Below are positions 1 through 11,265 of a stretch of DNA of 47,197 nt, one piece after another (within the stretch, counting starts at the first letter, position 1; every line of letters begins with the position of its first letter). The notes below the pieces were generated by a model. It was not told the origin of the DNA, searched no databases, and saw only the letters and a program-made list of their open reading frames with translations. The position numbers were made by a program, and so were the translations under genes. Origin of the DNA: Octopus bimaculoides (taxonomy: Eukaryota); the NCBI RefSeq assembly GCF_001194135.2, contig NC_068987.1, forward strand, positions 62,459,529 through 62,506,725. The letters are read 5' to 3'.

Positions 1-239
1 CGTTGCATTCAAATACAAGGTGTATTTTCCTAGTTTCTGCCGGTTTCTTTTGATTCTTCCAAAATTATGAAGGTGGCTAGACGTAATTTAAAATCAAAAA
101 GACGAAATTTAATTGTCACAAAAAGTGAATAAGGGTAGAGGTCTGCACCAAGATTACTAGAAATAAGAGTCAAAGAATTCTTAGCCATGGACAGAGCACA
201 ATTGTGGTATAAAGGCATCGAGAAATATGAAAATAATTT

Positions 240-353
240 CTAATTTCTTTATTGCCCACAAGGGGCTAAACATAGAGGGGACAAACAAGGACAGACAAAG
301 GGATTAAGATGATTACATCGACCCCAGTGCGTAACTGATACTTAATTTATTGA
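240..353 (-). mobile_element. tRNA-derived SINE, 3' part (family with ggcggcgagctggcagaatcg head)
   Basis: Reverse complement reads ataaattaagtatcagttacgcactggggtcgatgtaatc...gtgggcaataaagaaat; the core matches the SINE copies at 6041, 32324 and 41941 in this window. Confidence 0.8.
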
Positions 354-775
354 ACCAAGCATTTGCCGTATCCTGAAAGCTGCATAGTTCGAATTTAAAA
401 GGCACGTGTCTCTAGAAAGACTATTGCAATTAGATGAGGAATCGTGTGTGGAGAAGGGAACTAATTTCTTCCTATTAATCCTCGTATACAAGATTAAAGC
501 ATCTAATTTGCGTCTAGTTGAACGTGGGAGATTAACATTGGTACAATGTTATCTCTATGTATACAATACTATAGATGCATTGTTTAAGATCTACATATGT
601 CTGTCACCCTTTTCTGTCCTAAGGATTTTTACCTAAGTTGTGACGGACTATTGTTTGTAGCCATATTCGCATTCGAGATACCTCGTAAAAGATAGGAAAG
701 ACTTTCTGGAATGCATAATAACATCTATATCTACCTCCGTAATAGCAATATATTTGCAGTCGAATTGCAAGTCTA
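354..775 (-). mobile_element. Decayed, internally deleted Penelope-like element fragment (copy 1)
   Basis: Minus frame DLQFDCKYIAITEVDIDVIMHSRKSFL matches the PLE RT motif IMHxRKSLLF. Further on, VKIL and CNSLSRDTCLLN resemble the linker and Cys motif before GIY-YIG. Clearly alignable by eye to 6341-6756. Confidence 0.6.
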
Positions 776-960
776 TGCATAAAGGAGGAAGCAGAAGAGT
801 TTCCAGAAATTATAGGCCTATCTACCTAACCTCACACATGAGCAAAGTCGTGGAATGTATTGTCAGAAGGAAGCTGATCACATTCCCAGACAAAAACGGC
901 TTACTCACTGACACACAAAACGGCTTCCATGTGCGAAGGAGTTGCTTCACATAGCTAAAT
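776..960 (+). mobile_element. Non-LTR retrotransposon RT N-terminal fragment (CR1/Jockey group)
   Basis: KGGSRRVSRNYRPIYLTSHMSKVVECIV...TDTQNGFHVRRSCFT matches the NYRPISLTS and QHGFRxGRSC RT motifs. Ends in a stop codon and abuts the PLE fragment. Confidence 0.9.
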
Positions 961-1637
961 GTCTGGATACTATTTTAGTTCAATCGACGTTCTGTAGCCC
1001 GGTCTTTGTCCCCTTTTAGAGAGGGAACAGAGTATCTTATACTGGTGTAGCTCATGTATTTATTGCTTTAATGATATTCCCTCCATTTTGTTTCGAGTGC
1101 CTTACTAATTTTTGTACTTTTAGAGATCTTCTATCTTATTTCTCCTCACATTGGTCTGTCGTCTTGCAGTTTCCCTAGGTATTTGTACCCCTCATTATTC
1201 CCAGGTGATTTGTAGTGCAAAGCTAGCATGGGTTCTTATTACCCAAGTAGGATTTGCTAATAGTAGACACTTAGGTATGTTTTACATACGAACGTTAAAG
1301 TATATATATATATATATATNNNNNNNNNNNNNNNNNNNNNNNNNNNNNNNNNNNNNNNNNNNNNNNNNNNNNNNNNNNNNNNNNNNNNNNNNNNNNNNNN
1401 NNNNNNNNNNNNNNNNNNNNNNNNNNNNNNNNNNNNNNNNNNNNNNNNNNNNNNNNNNNNNNNNNNNNNNNNNNNNNNNNNNNNNNNNNNNNNNNNNNNN
1501 NNNNNNNNNNNNNNNNNNNNNNNNNNNNNNNNNNNNNNNNNNNNNNNNNNNNNNNNNNNNNNNNNNNNNNNNNNNNNNNNNNNNNNNNNNNNNNNNATAT
1601 ATATGTATATATATATATATATATATATAAAACAGGA

Positions 1638-1965
1638 GTGAAGGCCCGTAGTTTACTGGTTAGGGCATTTGGCCCATGATCGTAAGGTCGTGAGTTCAAT
1701 TCCCGGCGATGCGTTGTGTCCTTGAGCAAGACACTTTAATTCATGTTGCTCCAGTCTACTCAGCTGGCAAAAATAAGCTGTACCTGTATTTCAAAGGGCC
1801 GGCATTATCACACTTATTCTCACGCTGAATCTCCCTGAGAACTATGTTAAGGTTACACGTGTCTGTGGAGCGCTCAGCCACTTGCATGTTAATTTCACGA
1901 GCAAGCTGTTAAGTTGATCGTATCAGCTGGGACCCTCGTCGTCGTAACCGACGGAGTGCTCCTTT
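1638..1965 (+). mobile_element. tRNA-derived SINE (head + gtgtccttgagcaagacact core + tail shared with the 40488 copy)
   Basis: Degenerate A box, B box gagttcaattcc, core tgtgtccttgagcaagacac, and 3' end accctcgtcgtcgtaaccgacggagtgc. Confidence 0.85.
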
Positions 1966-2559
1966 ATAAAAGAGAACAGAGATGACAAAGAGTATTGACC
2001 GATTATCTTATGAATATGTGCGTATGTTTGTGTCTGTGTTTGTACATGCATGTATACACGCATATATACATGCACGCACGTGTACAAACGCACACATACA
2101 CACGCATATGTGTAAGTATGTATCTATGTACGTACATATTTATGTATGTATATTTAATCGGCTGTAAAGTTATATGTGTGTCAGCGGGGCCGCGAGTATC
2201 ATGCATTTGACTTTTCAAGGTAAGGTGAAATTGTAAATTTACTCTTTAACTTGAGAATCTTCAAACAAAAACTTATAATTTGAGAGTAAATGTCAAAATC
2301 TGCCATCTAAGTAAAGGAAGAGAAATATAATAAATTACATAAATACTGTGAGATCAAATATTACAAACAAATTTTTGAATATATACACACTCGAACACAA
2401 TAAAATGCACTACTTAGACATACGCGTTCTAAAAAACATTAACCTACACATGAACACACAAACACACACACGCACGCACACACACACACAGNNNNNNNNN
2501 NNNNNNNNNNNNNNNNNNNNNNNNNNNNNNNNNNNNNNNNNNNNNNNNNNNNNNNNNNN

Positions 2560-2612
<53 letters not shown>

Positions 2613-2711
2613 GAAATGGTAAGACAAGAAAAGAATGTAAAAGACCTCGATATTATGTAAATAGAGGAATTTATCTGTAAATATAATATGTGAAAATTAT
2701 TCGGTAGCCAT

Positions 2712-2772
2712 GATAAAACTACAAGTTTCGGATGTCGAGGCGGAAACCCACGCCGGCATCTCTTCAGTTATC
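2712..2772 (-). ncRNA. Type I hammerhead ribozyme motif (PLE terminal repeat)
   Basis: Minus strand GATAA-CTGAAGA-gatgccgg..tcgacatc-c-GAAA-cttgtag-T-T-TTATC. It has the CUGANGA and GAAA cores, stem I GATAA/TTATC and short stem III ACT/AGT; stem II has one mismatch. Confidence 0.65.
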
Positions 2773-2913
2773 GGGTCATCAAAAAAATGCTATGAGAATG
2801 ACCGTTAAACAAAGGGAAATTACTGTGTTATTGACCGTTGTTAAGTCAGAAGAGCTATTAGAATGACCGCTAAGTAAGGGGTGGGAGTAAAAATGTTCAT
2901 AACAATCGCGTAA

Positions 2914-3610
2914 GCGTGCATGTCCATACATACATGCACATGTGCGCCCGCACACCCACGTACATGTGCCTATATGTATATACTCATCCACCCTCATTCG
3001 AAACACACACGTGCTCACCCACAAATTCGCCAAAAAATATATACATACCCGAATATACGCTCGCACACACACACACATACACCCGCACAAAAAAGGTTCA
3101 TACACGTCTATATACGCATATGCACAAGAAAAACAAGGCTAAAGGCAAACTACAAAAAGATATGTAAAAAAAGTGTAAAAGATATGCAATAAGAATAAAA
3201 AGTAAAGTAGTAACTATGCTCATGGCAAACGCTTATGCGCGCATGTCCATACATACACATGCGCGCACGCACACCCACATACATGTGCTAATGTGTATAT
3301 GCTCGTCCACACTCGCTTGAAACACACACGTGCAACCACACATTCCCCCAAAATAATTTATATATACACGCACATACGCTCTCACACACACGCGCACAAA
3401 AAGGTTCATATACACGTCTATATACGCACATACTCGCATACACGCACACACAGACATCTATATACGCACATACCCGCACACACGCACATCCACACGCGCA
3501 CACAAAAATTTCATATACACGTCTATATACGCGCAGGAAAAATACAGGGTGGAAGGTAAAATACAGAAAAAAATATGTGTAAAAAATATAAGTGCAACAA
3601 AACTATAAAA
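2914..3610. repeat. Diverged tandem duplication (~320-bp unit) in the PLE 3' region
   Basis: The blocks catgtccatacatac...gaaacacacacgtgc...aaaggttcata(ta)cacgtctatatacgca occur at ~2914-3200 and again at ~3236-3610. Confidence 0.8.
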
Positions 3611-3743
3611 CAATATCTCTATAAATATGTAAAAAATATATATATAAAATATATAAGAAATATAAGTATAAAGTATAAGGAGATGAAAAGCTTGTATGTG
3701 GACACAAAATAAAAAGCAAGTCCTATCTGTAATCTCGAGGGAA

Positions 3744-4180
3744 CTAAAAACGTAACAAATATTTAGCCACATGTGGACGTGATCCGAAAAGTTCAGTTCT
3801 TGAATTTAGACATGTGGCGGGGTCTAAGCTGCTTTTCCAGATGAGCCATCTTTCCATATCACAAAGACCGCACTTTCCACTGCCGTTGGTGTAGGGCTTA
3901 CACTTGACTAAGATGTTGTAACTGACACCTTTATTTTTTAAGGACCATATATGACTGGATAATTTGGTCGTTTTCCTTTTATCCCAGTGTCTGAAGCTCA
4001 AGGTGTGATTATTGAACCTGGCCTTGAAATTACCCTCTGTAAGGCCCACGTATTTCTTCGTCGAAACCATGTCCTTAGTGAATATAGAGCCCACGGTGGC
4101 TTCATAAATGATGGTCTCGGACATGCAAGCTCCATTTAGCGGGCAAAAAATTTTATCCCTGCATGAACAGCTGGTTTCAT
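3744..4180 (-). pseudogene. PLE GIY-YIG endonuclease domain
   Basis: CSCRDKIFCPLNGACMSETIIYEATV...KKYVGLTEGNFKARFNNHTLSF...CGLCDMERWLI...LNSRTEL shows the CxC..CPLNG, IIY, YVG, R..NH, E and LN pattern typical of PLE endonucleases. Confidence 0.92.
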
Positions 4181-4884
4181 ATGATGGAGCAGGCATATGC
4201 GATCTTATTGGACTATTCCTACTCGATACGTTGGGCAAGACTTTTTCTGACGTATACTTTGCCATTTGGAAAGATGATGCCCTAGCTTTAACCGCAAATA
4301 CCAATGGACCAGCACAGGATCGGTTTAGGAAGGACATTATCCAATTGATGAAAACTTTCGGTCTTAGCATAACTACAGATACCAACCTGACGGTTGTCAA
4401 TTTCCAAGATGTATCGTTTGATCTAAATAAGAATATTTATAAACCTTATAGGAAGCCCAATGATAGACTTTGTTATATTAGTGTGGGTTCCTGCCATCCA
4501 CCCATAGTGTTTAAAAATTTAGTTAAAAACATTAACAAAAGAATTTCTAGCCTCTCCTCCGATGGGGACATTTTTAATAGCGTTGCTCCAGTATATAATA
4601 AGGCTCTAAAAAATAGTGGATTCAGCGAGGAAATAACCTATACACCTACCAACAGTCCAATAATAAAGAAAAAATACATAGAAACAGGAAAACTATCTGG
4701 TTCACACATCCCCTACTCACCCAAAGTGACCTTAATATAGGCAAGTATTTCTTAGCACTAATAGGTAGACATTTTCCAGTCAACCATAGTTACAGAAAGC
4801 TCTTCAATAGACATAACCTAAAAATCAGTTTCAGCTCAACTACTAATTTTAAAAATATAATAGCACACAACACACAAAACCCAC
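4177..4884 (+). pseudogene. PLE reverse transcriptase C-terminal half, thumb and linker
   Basis: SYDGAGICDLIGLF, IWKDDALA (YxDD site), VNFQDV, YKPYRKPND, HPP. After a frameshift near 4690 it reads NIGKYFLALIGRHFP...KLFNRHNLKISFS. Confidence 0.92.
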
Positions 4885-4916
4885 CGGTCATTTTCATGGC
4901 ATTTTTTTGATGGCCC

Positions 4917-4977
4917 GATAACTGAAGAGATGCCGGCGTGGGTTTCCGCCCCGGCATCCGAAACTCTGAGTTTTATC
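4917..4977 (+). ncRNA. Type I hammerhead ribozyme motif (PLE terminal repeat)
   Basis: GATAA-CTGAAGA-GATGCCGG[13 nt]CCGGCATC-C-GAAA-CTCTGAG-T-T-TTATC. Stem I is 5 bp, stem II is a perfect 8 bp, stem III is the palindromic ACTC/GAGT; predicted GUU cleavage after 4972. Confidence 0.75.
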
Positions 4978-5509
4978 ATGGCTACCGAATAATTTTCACA
5001 TATTTTATATNNNNNNNNNNNNNNNNNNNNNNNNNNNNNNNNNNNNNNNNNNNNNNNNNNNNNNNNNNNNNNNNNNNNNNNNNNNNNNNNNNNNNNNNNN
5101 NNNNNNNNNNNNNNNNNNNNNNNNNNNNNNNNNNNNNNNNNNNNNNNNNNNNNNNNNNNNNNNNNNNNNNNNNNNNNNNNNNNNNNNNNNNNNNNNNATA
5201 TATATATATATACTCACATACACAGTAAAACGCATAGATGTAGGTGAAACTATTCAATTGTACACACATACTAACATACATGTATAATCTATACGTTGAA
5301 CTTCGTACATATATGCATTTACTTTTAAACATATACCCATATTATCGCAGCGTTCCATATAGACATAAAAATATAGTTAAAAGAAAATGTATACACGTAT
5401 GTGGGAAAACGATAACATTTGCTACTTAAAGGGAAAATAAATGAGTGGCGTCCCAGGGTAACTATTACCCTTTACAGAAAACTCATATGTTATCAGGTCC
5501 TTAATGCAA

Positions 5510-5945
5510 GATAATTTAAACTACTATAAGTGAATGATCTAGAATTAGTAAGGCCGTGCTTGATGAAATTAATGACAGACCTCGGCAATTTACTAACTTT
5601 CTCTTTCAACAAAACAGTTGTTCATTAATTGATTGATTCGACAATTTACAGGCAAAAATGTAACTTCCTACAATTTAACACCATTGAATTTTAACTTTCT
5701 ATTGCTGAAATCTTTTTTGTGAAAGCTTTATAGTTGTGCCCGAGTCATGGATTTGAACGCATGTGCCAACATTACGGATCTGGACAGAAATTTCATAATG
5801 CATACGGGAAGATTTTTTTCTGCTCTTTAATGATTATTATTAGGTAAAGCTTATTGGCTCAGAGCTTTTCCATGTCCCCATGGGCTGTTTTGATGGAGAT
5901 GAAGTATGCATTTCAATAGGGTTATTTATTGTAGACTACAAGAAA
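5510..5945 (+). mobile_element. Decayed PLE RT N-terminal fragment
   Basis: Frameshifted traces LID*FDNL, CNFLQFNTIEF, ITDLDRNFIMH and FHVPMGCFDGDEVCISIGLF correspond to the PLE motifs VIDWF, FDIVEFYPSI and FDVTMGSFDGAEVCELIGLF. Confidence 0.75.
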
Positions 5946-6040
5946 TAAATATGTACGTATTTCTACTGTGATATAAAGGCATCGAGAAATGAAAATAATT
6001 TCTTTCACGAAGCACCTCGAGAGAGAATGTAGAGAATGGA

Positions 6041-6261
6041 TAATGGTTTCAAATTTTGGCACAAGGCCAGCAATTTTTGGAGAGTGAATAAGTCGATTAC
6101 ATCGATCCCAGTATTCAAATTGTACTTAACTTATTGACCTCTAAAAGATGGATGGTAAAGTCGACTTTGATGGAATTTAAACTCAGAACATAAAGACAGA
6201 TGAAATATTACTAAGTATTTTGCTCGGCTTACTAACGATGCTGCCACCTCGCTCGCCACCT
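6041..6261 (-). mobile_element. tRNA-derived SINE, diverged
   Basis: Reverse complement has a ggtggcgagcgaggtggcagcatcgttag head, ttctgagtttaaattcc B-box region and the ctgggatcgatgtaatcgac core. Confidence 0.8.
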
Positions 6262-6340
6262 TGTATCTATCAATACTACATTGCTCATACTATATTGCGT
6301 AAAAAAAAATCTTGAAACAGAAAAGAATGTGCCACAGATT

Positions 6341-7150
6341 CGAACCAAGCATTTGCCGTATCCTGAAAGGTGCATGGTTCGGATTAAGAAGGCATGTGTT
6401 TCTGGAGAGACAATTGCAGTGAGATGAGGAATCGTGTGTGGAGAAGGGAACTACTTTCTTCCTATTTATCCTCGTATACAAGATTAAAACATCTAATTTG
6501 CGTGTTTGTGGAGATTCACTTTGGCACAATGGTATTTCTACTGTTTACAATATTATAGCTGTATGGTTAAAGATTTACATGTGCCTTTCACCCTTTTCCG
6601 TTCCAAGGATTTTTACCTAAGTTATTACGAACTATTGTTTACAGCCATATTCGCATTCGAGATAACTCGTAAAAAATAAGAAAGACTTTCTGGAATGCAT
6701 AACATATATATCTACCTCTGTAATAGAAGTTTATTTGCAGCCGAACTGCAAGTCTTTCCTGAAATGGGTCTCAGTAATGGAATAACATTATTCAATGTTG
6801 TTGAAGTTGGTCACGTTTATCAAGTAAATTGTCGAACCAATCTATTACTGAGGAACTGGTTTTCTAGCAACAAAGATTTGTAGATTGCTTATTTTTATAA
6901 TTAATTGCAACCAGCATTACATTGCTAACTCTACCTAATTCACTTTTAGTTGGTTGCTCAAGCTTATATTTCGATTTATTACGTTTAAGCTAGAGTGAGA
7001 CTTAGAAATTAGATTTCTTGTCATTTAAAAGTATTCGGAGCGGGTCTGTAGCTAAACATTCAATTCTGTCGTCGAAACTAACTGCTCTGCGCCCTTGTTC
7101 ATATTGCTTAGAAATTTTAGAATTGGTTCTCTTATAAATATTTGCAATAG
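6341..7150 (-). mobile_element. Decayed, internally deleted PLE (copy 2, longer RT N-terminus)
   Basis: Minus traces FDDRIECLA, PTKSELGRVS, TSSSVIDWFDNL, YSITE, VMHSRKSFLF and CNCLSRNTCLLN. 6341-6756 is homologous to 354-775. Confidence 0.75.
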
Positions 7151-7588
7151 TGGAGGTTTTTTTTATTACATAGGCGTTTTCTTGATACCCTCAACTATGT
7201 GTCATCGGAAGTACAAGAAAATAACTCGTCATTACTCACTTACCTGCTAACATTAATAGATGCTTCACATTTTCACAATCAGATATATTAGTATATACTC
7301 CAAGATATATATATATATATANNNNNNNNNNNNNNNNNNNNNNNNNNNNNNNNNNNNNNNNNNNNNNNNNNNNNNNNNNNNNNNNNNNNNNNNNNNNNNN
7401 NNNNNNNNNNNNNNNNNNNNNNNNNNNNNNNNNNNNNNNNNNNNNNNNNNNNNNNNNNNNNNNNNNNNNNNNNNNNNNNNNNNNNNATATATATCAAAAT
7501 AAGCAACAAGGATATCCAGAGGTAATGCAGTAGGATCGTTTCATGCGAGTCCATTTAATTGAACAATGCAAACATTACATCAAATAGA

Positions 7589-7639
<51 letters not shown>

Positions 7640-7799
7640 GGGATATATGCACTAATATATCTGATATATTTGATTAGGAAAATGTGAAGCATTCGTTAAT
7701 GTTAACAGATGATTGCGCAGGTTATTTATTTATACTGATCATTTGATTTGTGTTATACTCAATCTCTCCATCAAATCGACATCACTGCCTCTACAGCTG

Positions 7800-7915
7800 C
7801 ATGATGTGCCACACGTTAGATGCCAAAATGATTGCAGAGCAAGAAAACAACGCACTGCTCGGTCTGGGACTAGAAATTACGATGTTGCGGTCATCAGTGC
7901 AACATCCTAACAATC
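7800..7915 (-). mobile_element. SINE 5' head fragment
   Basis: agattgttaggatgttgcactgatgaccgcaacatcgtaatttctagtcccagaccgagcagtgcgttgttttcttg is a tRNA-like head plus core start; related piece at 9545-9650. Confidence 0.6.
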
Positions 7916-8218
7916 TTCCGTCACACACACACACACACACACACAAACATGTACTTACATACAAACACATGCATACATATAAGTGTATATATATATANNN
8001 NNNNNNNNNNNNNNNNNNNNNNNNNNNNNNNNNNNNNNNNNNNNNNNNNNNNNNNNNNNNNNNNNNNNNNNNNNNNNNNNNNNNNNNNNNNNNNNNNNNN
8101 NNNNNNNNNNNNNNNNNNNNNNNNNNNNNNNNNNNNNNNNNNNNNNNNNNNNNNNNNNNNNNNNNNNNNNNNNNNNNNNNNNNNNNNNNNNNNNNNNNNN
8201 NNNNNNNNNNNNNNNNNN

Positions 8219-8256
<38 letters not shown>

Positions 8257-8282
8257 CACACGTGGACACAAACACACACATA

Positions 8283-8750
8283 CATATGTACGTGTGTTTG
8301 GCTCACATAATTGTGGGCACAACCTGAACTGGTAAGGACATAAATTAGGTTATGTGAGGCACATGTGAATTTGGTCTTAATTGAAAATTTTTCTCCTTGC
8401 TGGAATGTGAATTCCGAGCCTTCAGTGAGGTATGGGCAAGTACCACAATTAGGTCGTCCGCATTTTTTAGCTGTTGGTATCTTATGTGTTGAGTACAGTT
8501 TTGCATTTGTTAGGAGTCTCTTAAATGATTTGTATTGTCTTTTACATTTGAGGAGTTTATGTGTATTCAGAATGTTGTTCATTTTCGGGTCTTGAGTGCG
8601 TAGAGGGATATTTTGTACAATTGTGTTGTATGCTTCATTAGTTCTGCGGTTGTGGGTTGATATGTATGGGAGTGATTTAAAGTGTGGTGTTTTTATTTTG
8701 TTGTCTTTAGTGTGTTTGTGTCCAATTTTTTGGCACGTTTAATTCCATGG
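8283..8750 (-). pseudogene. PLE of a second clade: linker plus start of GIY-YIG
   Basis: LPYISTHNRR...QDPKMNNIL...KRQYKSFKRLLTNAK...KCGRPNCGTCPYL...FTCASHNLIYVLTSSGCAHNYVSQT shows the CxxPxCxTC knuckle, TC..NLIY and YxGQT. Truncated by a microsatellite. Confidence 0.88.
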
Positions 8751-8751
8751 T

Positions 8752-9202
8752 CTATAAGTGCTGATGGGAATACCGAATGTCTTCATGCACTAGCTGCCTG
8801 TCCCTGGCGATGGACTTGATTGCCTTGGAAGGACCGTTGTCAATCATGGCCTGGATCTCACCAACAAATTCAGGAGTTCTTTTCTTATCAAAATAATCAA
8901 AGTGAGTTTTCAGAGCTGCATTACACTCATCCAACTCTTTCCGAATCCTCTGCACTGTTCTCAGATTGACATCCAAACGCTCTGAAATGTTCGCACTGGA
9001 ACTTGCGGCGAGAATGCCAAGCAGTGCGGCATGCTGTTTCCAAACTTCTGGCAGAGTGAATCGCGTTATGATGCTGTCTCTACCACAGACGGTACTCATC
9101 AGACCCTACTATAATTTGTAGTCGACAAAATCAAAAACAAACAATGAGCATGCGCGAAATTAAAAATATAAAATGGCAATAATCTACCCATCGCACTCGG
9201 TG
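8752..9202 (-). mobile_element. Tc1/mariner 5' end: terminal sequence plus transposase HTH region, no DDE
   Basis: ISERLDVNLRTVQRIRKELDE...KKRTPEFVGEIQAMIDNGPSKAIKSIARD..VHEDIRY is a paired-HTH N-terminus. A TIR-like end (gtgcgatgggtagattattgccatttta) sits at ~9165-9202 next to a (TG)n tract. Confidence 0.85.
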
Positions 9203-9237
9203 TGTGTGTGTGTGTGTGCGTGCGTGTGTGTGTGGGC

Positions 9238-9282
<45 letters not shown>

Positions 9283-9544
9283 TCTTTGTTTTTATTTATA
9301 TGAATGTACATTTATTATAGGTAGTGTATCTACTCACTATTCTATTTTTATATCATTAATACTCTCTCTTCGCACTCTCTCTTGTGATAGACTATTATTC
9401 TTTTCTGTCACAATTCTAAATACATCCATTACAGTTCCTCACAGCGTATGAATTGTTAAAACTTGTCTTTCTCTTGCAAACATTCATCCATTATTCCAAC
9501 CATTTCCCCACCTCGTTCTCGTTCATCCTGTGTTTGTTTATGCA

Positions 9545-9650
9545 CTGTGCTATTGTTTTGCTCAGGAACACAACGCACTGACCGGCCCAAGAATCGAAAT
9601 CAAGATGTTGCGATCATAAGTTCAACAACCTAACGACCTGCCTCCATATC
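9545..9650 (-). mobile_element. SINE 5' head fragment
   Basis: ggaggcaggtcgttaggttgttgaacttatgatcgcaacatcttgatttcgattcttgggccggtcagtgcgttgtgttcctgagcaa. Confidence 0.6.
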
Positions 9651-9652
9651 TG

Positions 9653-9695
<43 letters not shown>

Positions 9696-10619
9696 ATACG
9701 CACGCACACGCGCACACGCACGCACGCACATTCACACACATGCACGCACACGCACACGCACACGCACACGCACACGCACACAATGGATTGCGTCTGTGTG
9801 CGTTGTTATGCTATTGTACGTATGTACGTTTCCCTCACATCCTAGCTTTCTCGCGCTGCCTTCCTTCATTTTCTGCCTCATCTATTATTTCAATTTACCT
9901 GTAGCTTGTAACTTATTCGATCACCTCTCCTTTACATTTTACCTCCTCCCACATCACTCGCACTAACTCCACCACAATACGCACCATAATCCTCACACCA
10001 CCACACACTCGTTTGTTCCTTTTAACACATCTACCCCACGACAACACTTCATCTCTTTTTGCCATTCGCAGTCTTAGTAATAAAACATTATTTTTCACCC
10101 TTTCCAAAATGAGGCAATCGTCTGAAAAGTAAGAACTCTCCTTCATCATGTCATAAACATATTTCCCTGTTTGAACCAGTACTCAACCATTTTTAATTTA
10201 TGGACTCCTTTGATTCCTATTTTACCTGTATGGACCTTCTTAGTCATTCTACGTTAAAAAAATCCTATCATAGTTTAATAATTAAATGTTATTAGAAGTT
10301 GTATAAAAATGATTACTAAAATACTTTATACATTATAGAAGTATAATCAATTTATTGCAGATAAATTTTAACAATAAAATCTTTTATGGACTTCCATCAA
10401 GAACCACTAGTTTAAACTATTAATGTCAATGTTTGCCGTCGCAGAGCGTCTATAGTTTCTTTGGATCTTATCCTTATACTAACAATTATAATAGATAAAA
10501 TGGGATTGCTGAATGTTGTGGCCAACTTTTATATGTTTTGCTTTAAAACAGGCGACTAGGCTACTGAGGACAGTATCAATGTAAAATATTAGAAAAGAGG
10601 TGCCTTTTCATTATCTTTT

Positions 10620-10810
10620 ATATTTTACTTGTTTAAGTCATTGGACCACGGCTATACTGGGGCATCGCCTTGAAAGGTTTTCGTCGAACGAATCGAACCC
10701 AGGATTTATTTTTAAAGCGTGGCGCCTATTCTAATGATACCTTTTTCCGTACTGCTAAGTGACGTGGACCAACATTTGTTATCAAGTAACAAACACAAGT
10801 ATAAACACGA
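10620..10810 (-). mobile_element. Diverged SINE 3' tail (family of 30805-31278)
   Basis: ttttacttgtttaagtcattggaccacggctatactgggg matches ttttacttgtttcagtcatttgactgtggctatgctggag at 30813. Confidence 0.7.
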
Positions 10811-10928
10811 ATACTCTCTCTCTCCCTTTCTCTCTCTCTCTTTCACATATACACACATTCACGTATACACGCACAAACACAAACACACGTACATATGTAT
10901 GTGTGTGTTTGTGTCCACGTGTGTATAT

Positions 10929-11000
<72 letters not shown>

Positions 11001-11265
11001 TGTGCGTGTGTGCGGGTGTAGAATATGAGAGGTTTAGTTCACTGATGATCTAAACCAATAGGTATGCTGCATAAGTATTGTAACTGGTCTTCCGTTAGGT
11101 TCCAAATTCACATCTGAGACTGGAGCTAGAAATCCGTAGTCGGCTTCTGAGTCCGCAGGTATATATTAAAGGAAAAGGAAAACAATTCCGAGGTAGGACG
11201 AGTATATTAAGTCATTTAGAATATTTAATTAGAATAAAATGAATCAAAAATACAGAAGTAGAAAT

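Larger units (their letters stand above)
2605..5010. mobile_element. Rearranged Penelope-like element with ~125-bp inverted terminal repeats
   Basis: GIY-YIG plus 3' region on minus, RT/linker on plus; 2681-2804 is the reverse complement of 4885-5010 with a few substitutions. The right end runs into a gap. Confidence 0.85.

Noticed and set aside
980-1035. Minus-strand GAACGTC with nearby purine run, reminiscent of a decayed PLE hammerhead
   Set aside because: Both cores would need several substitutions; not supportable.
9075-9110. CTGATGA plus hairpin on minus resembling a hammerhead
   Set aside because: It is followed by GAGAC rather than GAAA, has no stems I/III, and overlaps the Tc1/mariner start codon.
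11030-11140. CTGATGA at 11042 with a distant GAAA
   Set aside because: Stem II cannot close in register; the motif lies in the loop of a GGTTTAG/CTAAACC hairpin of unknown meaning.
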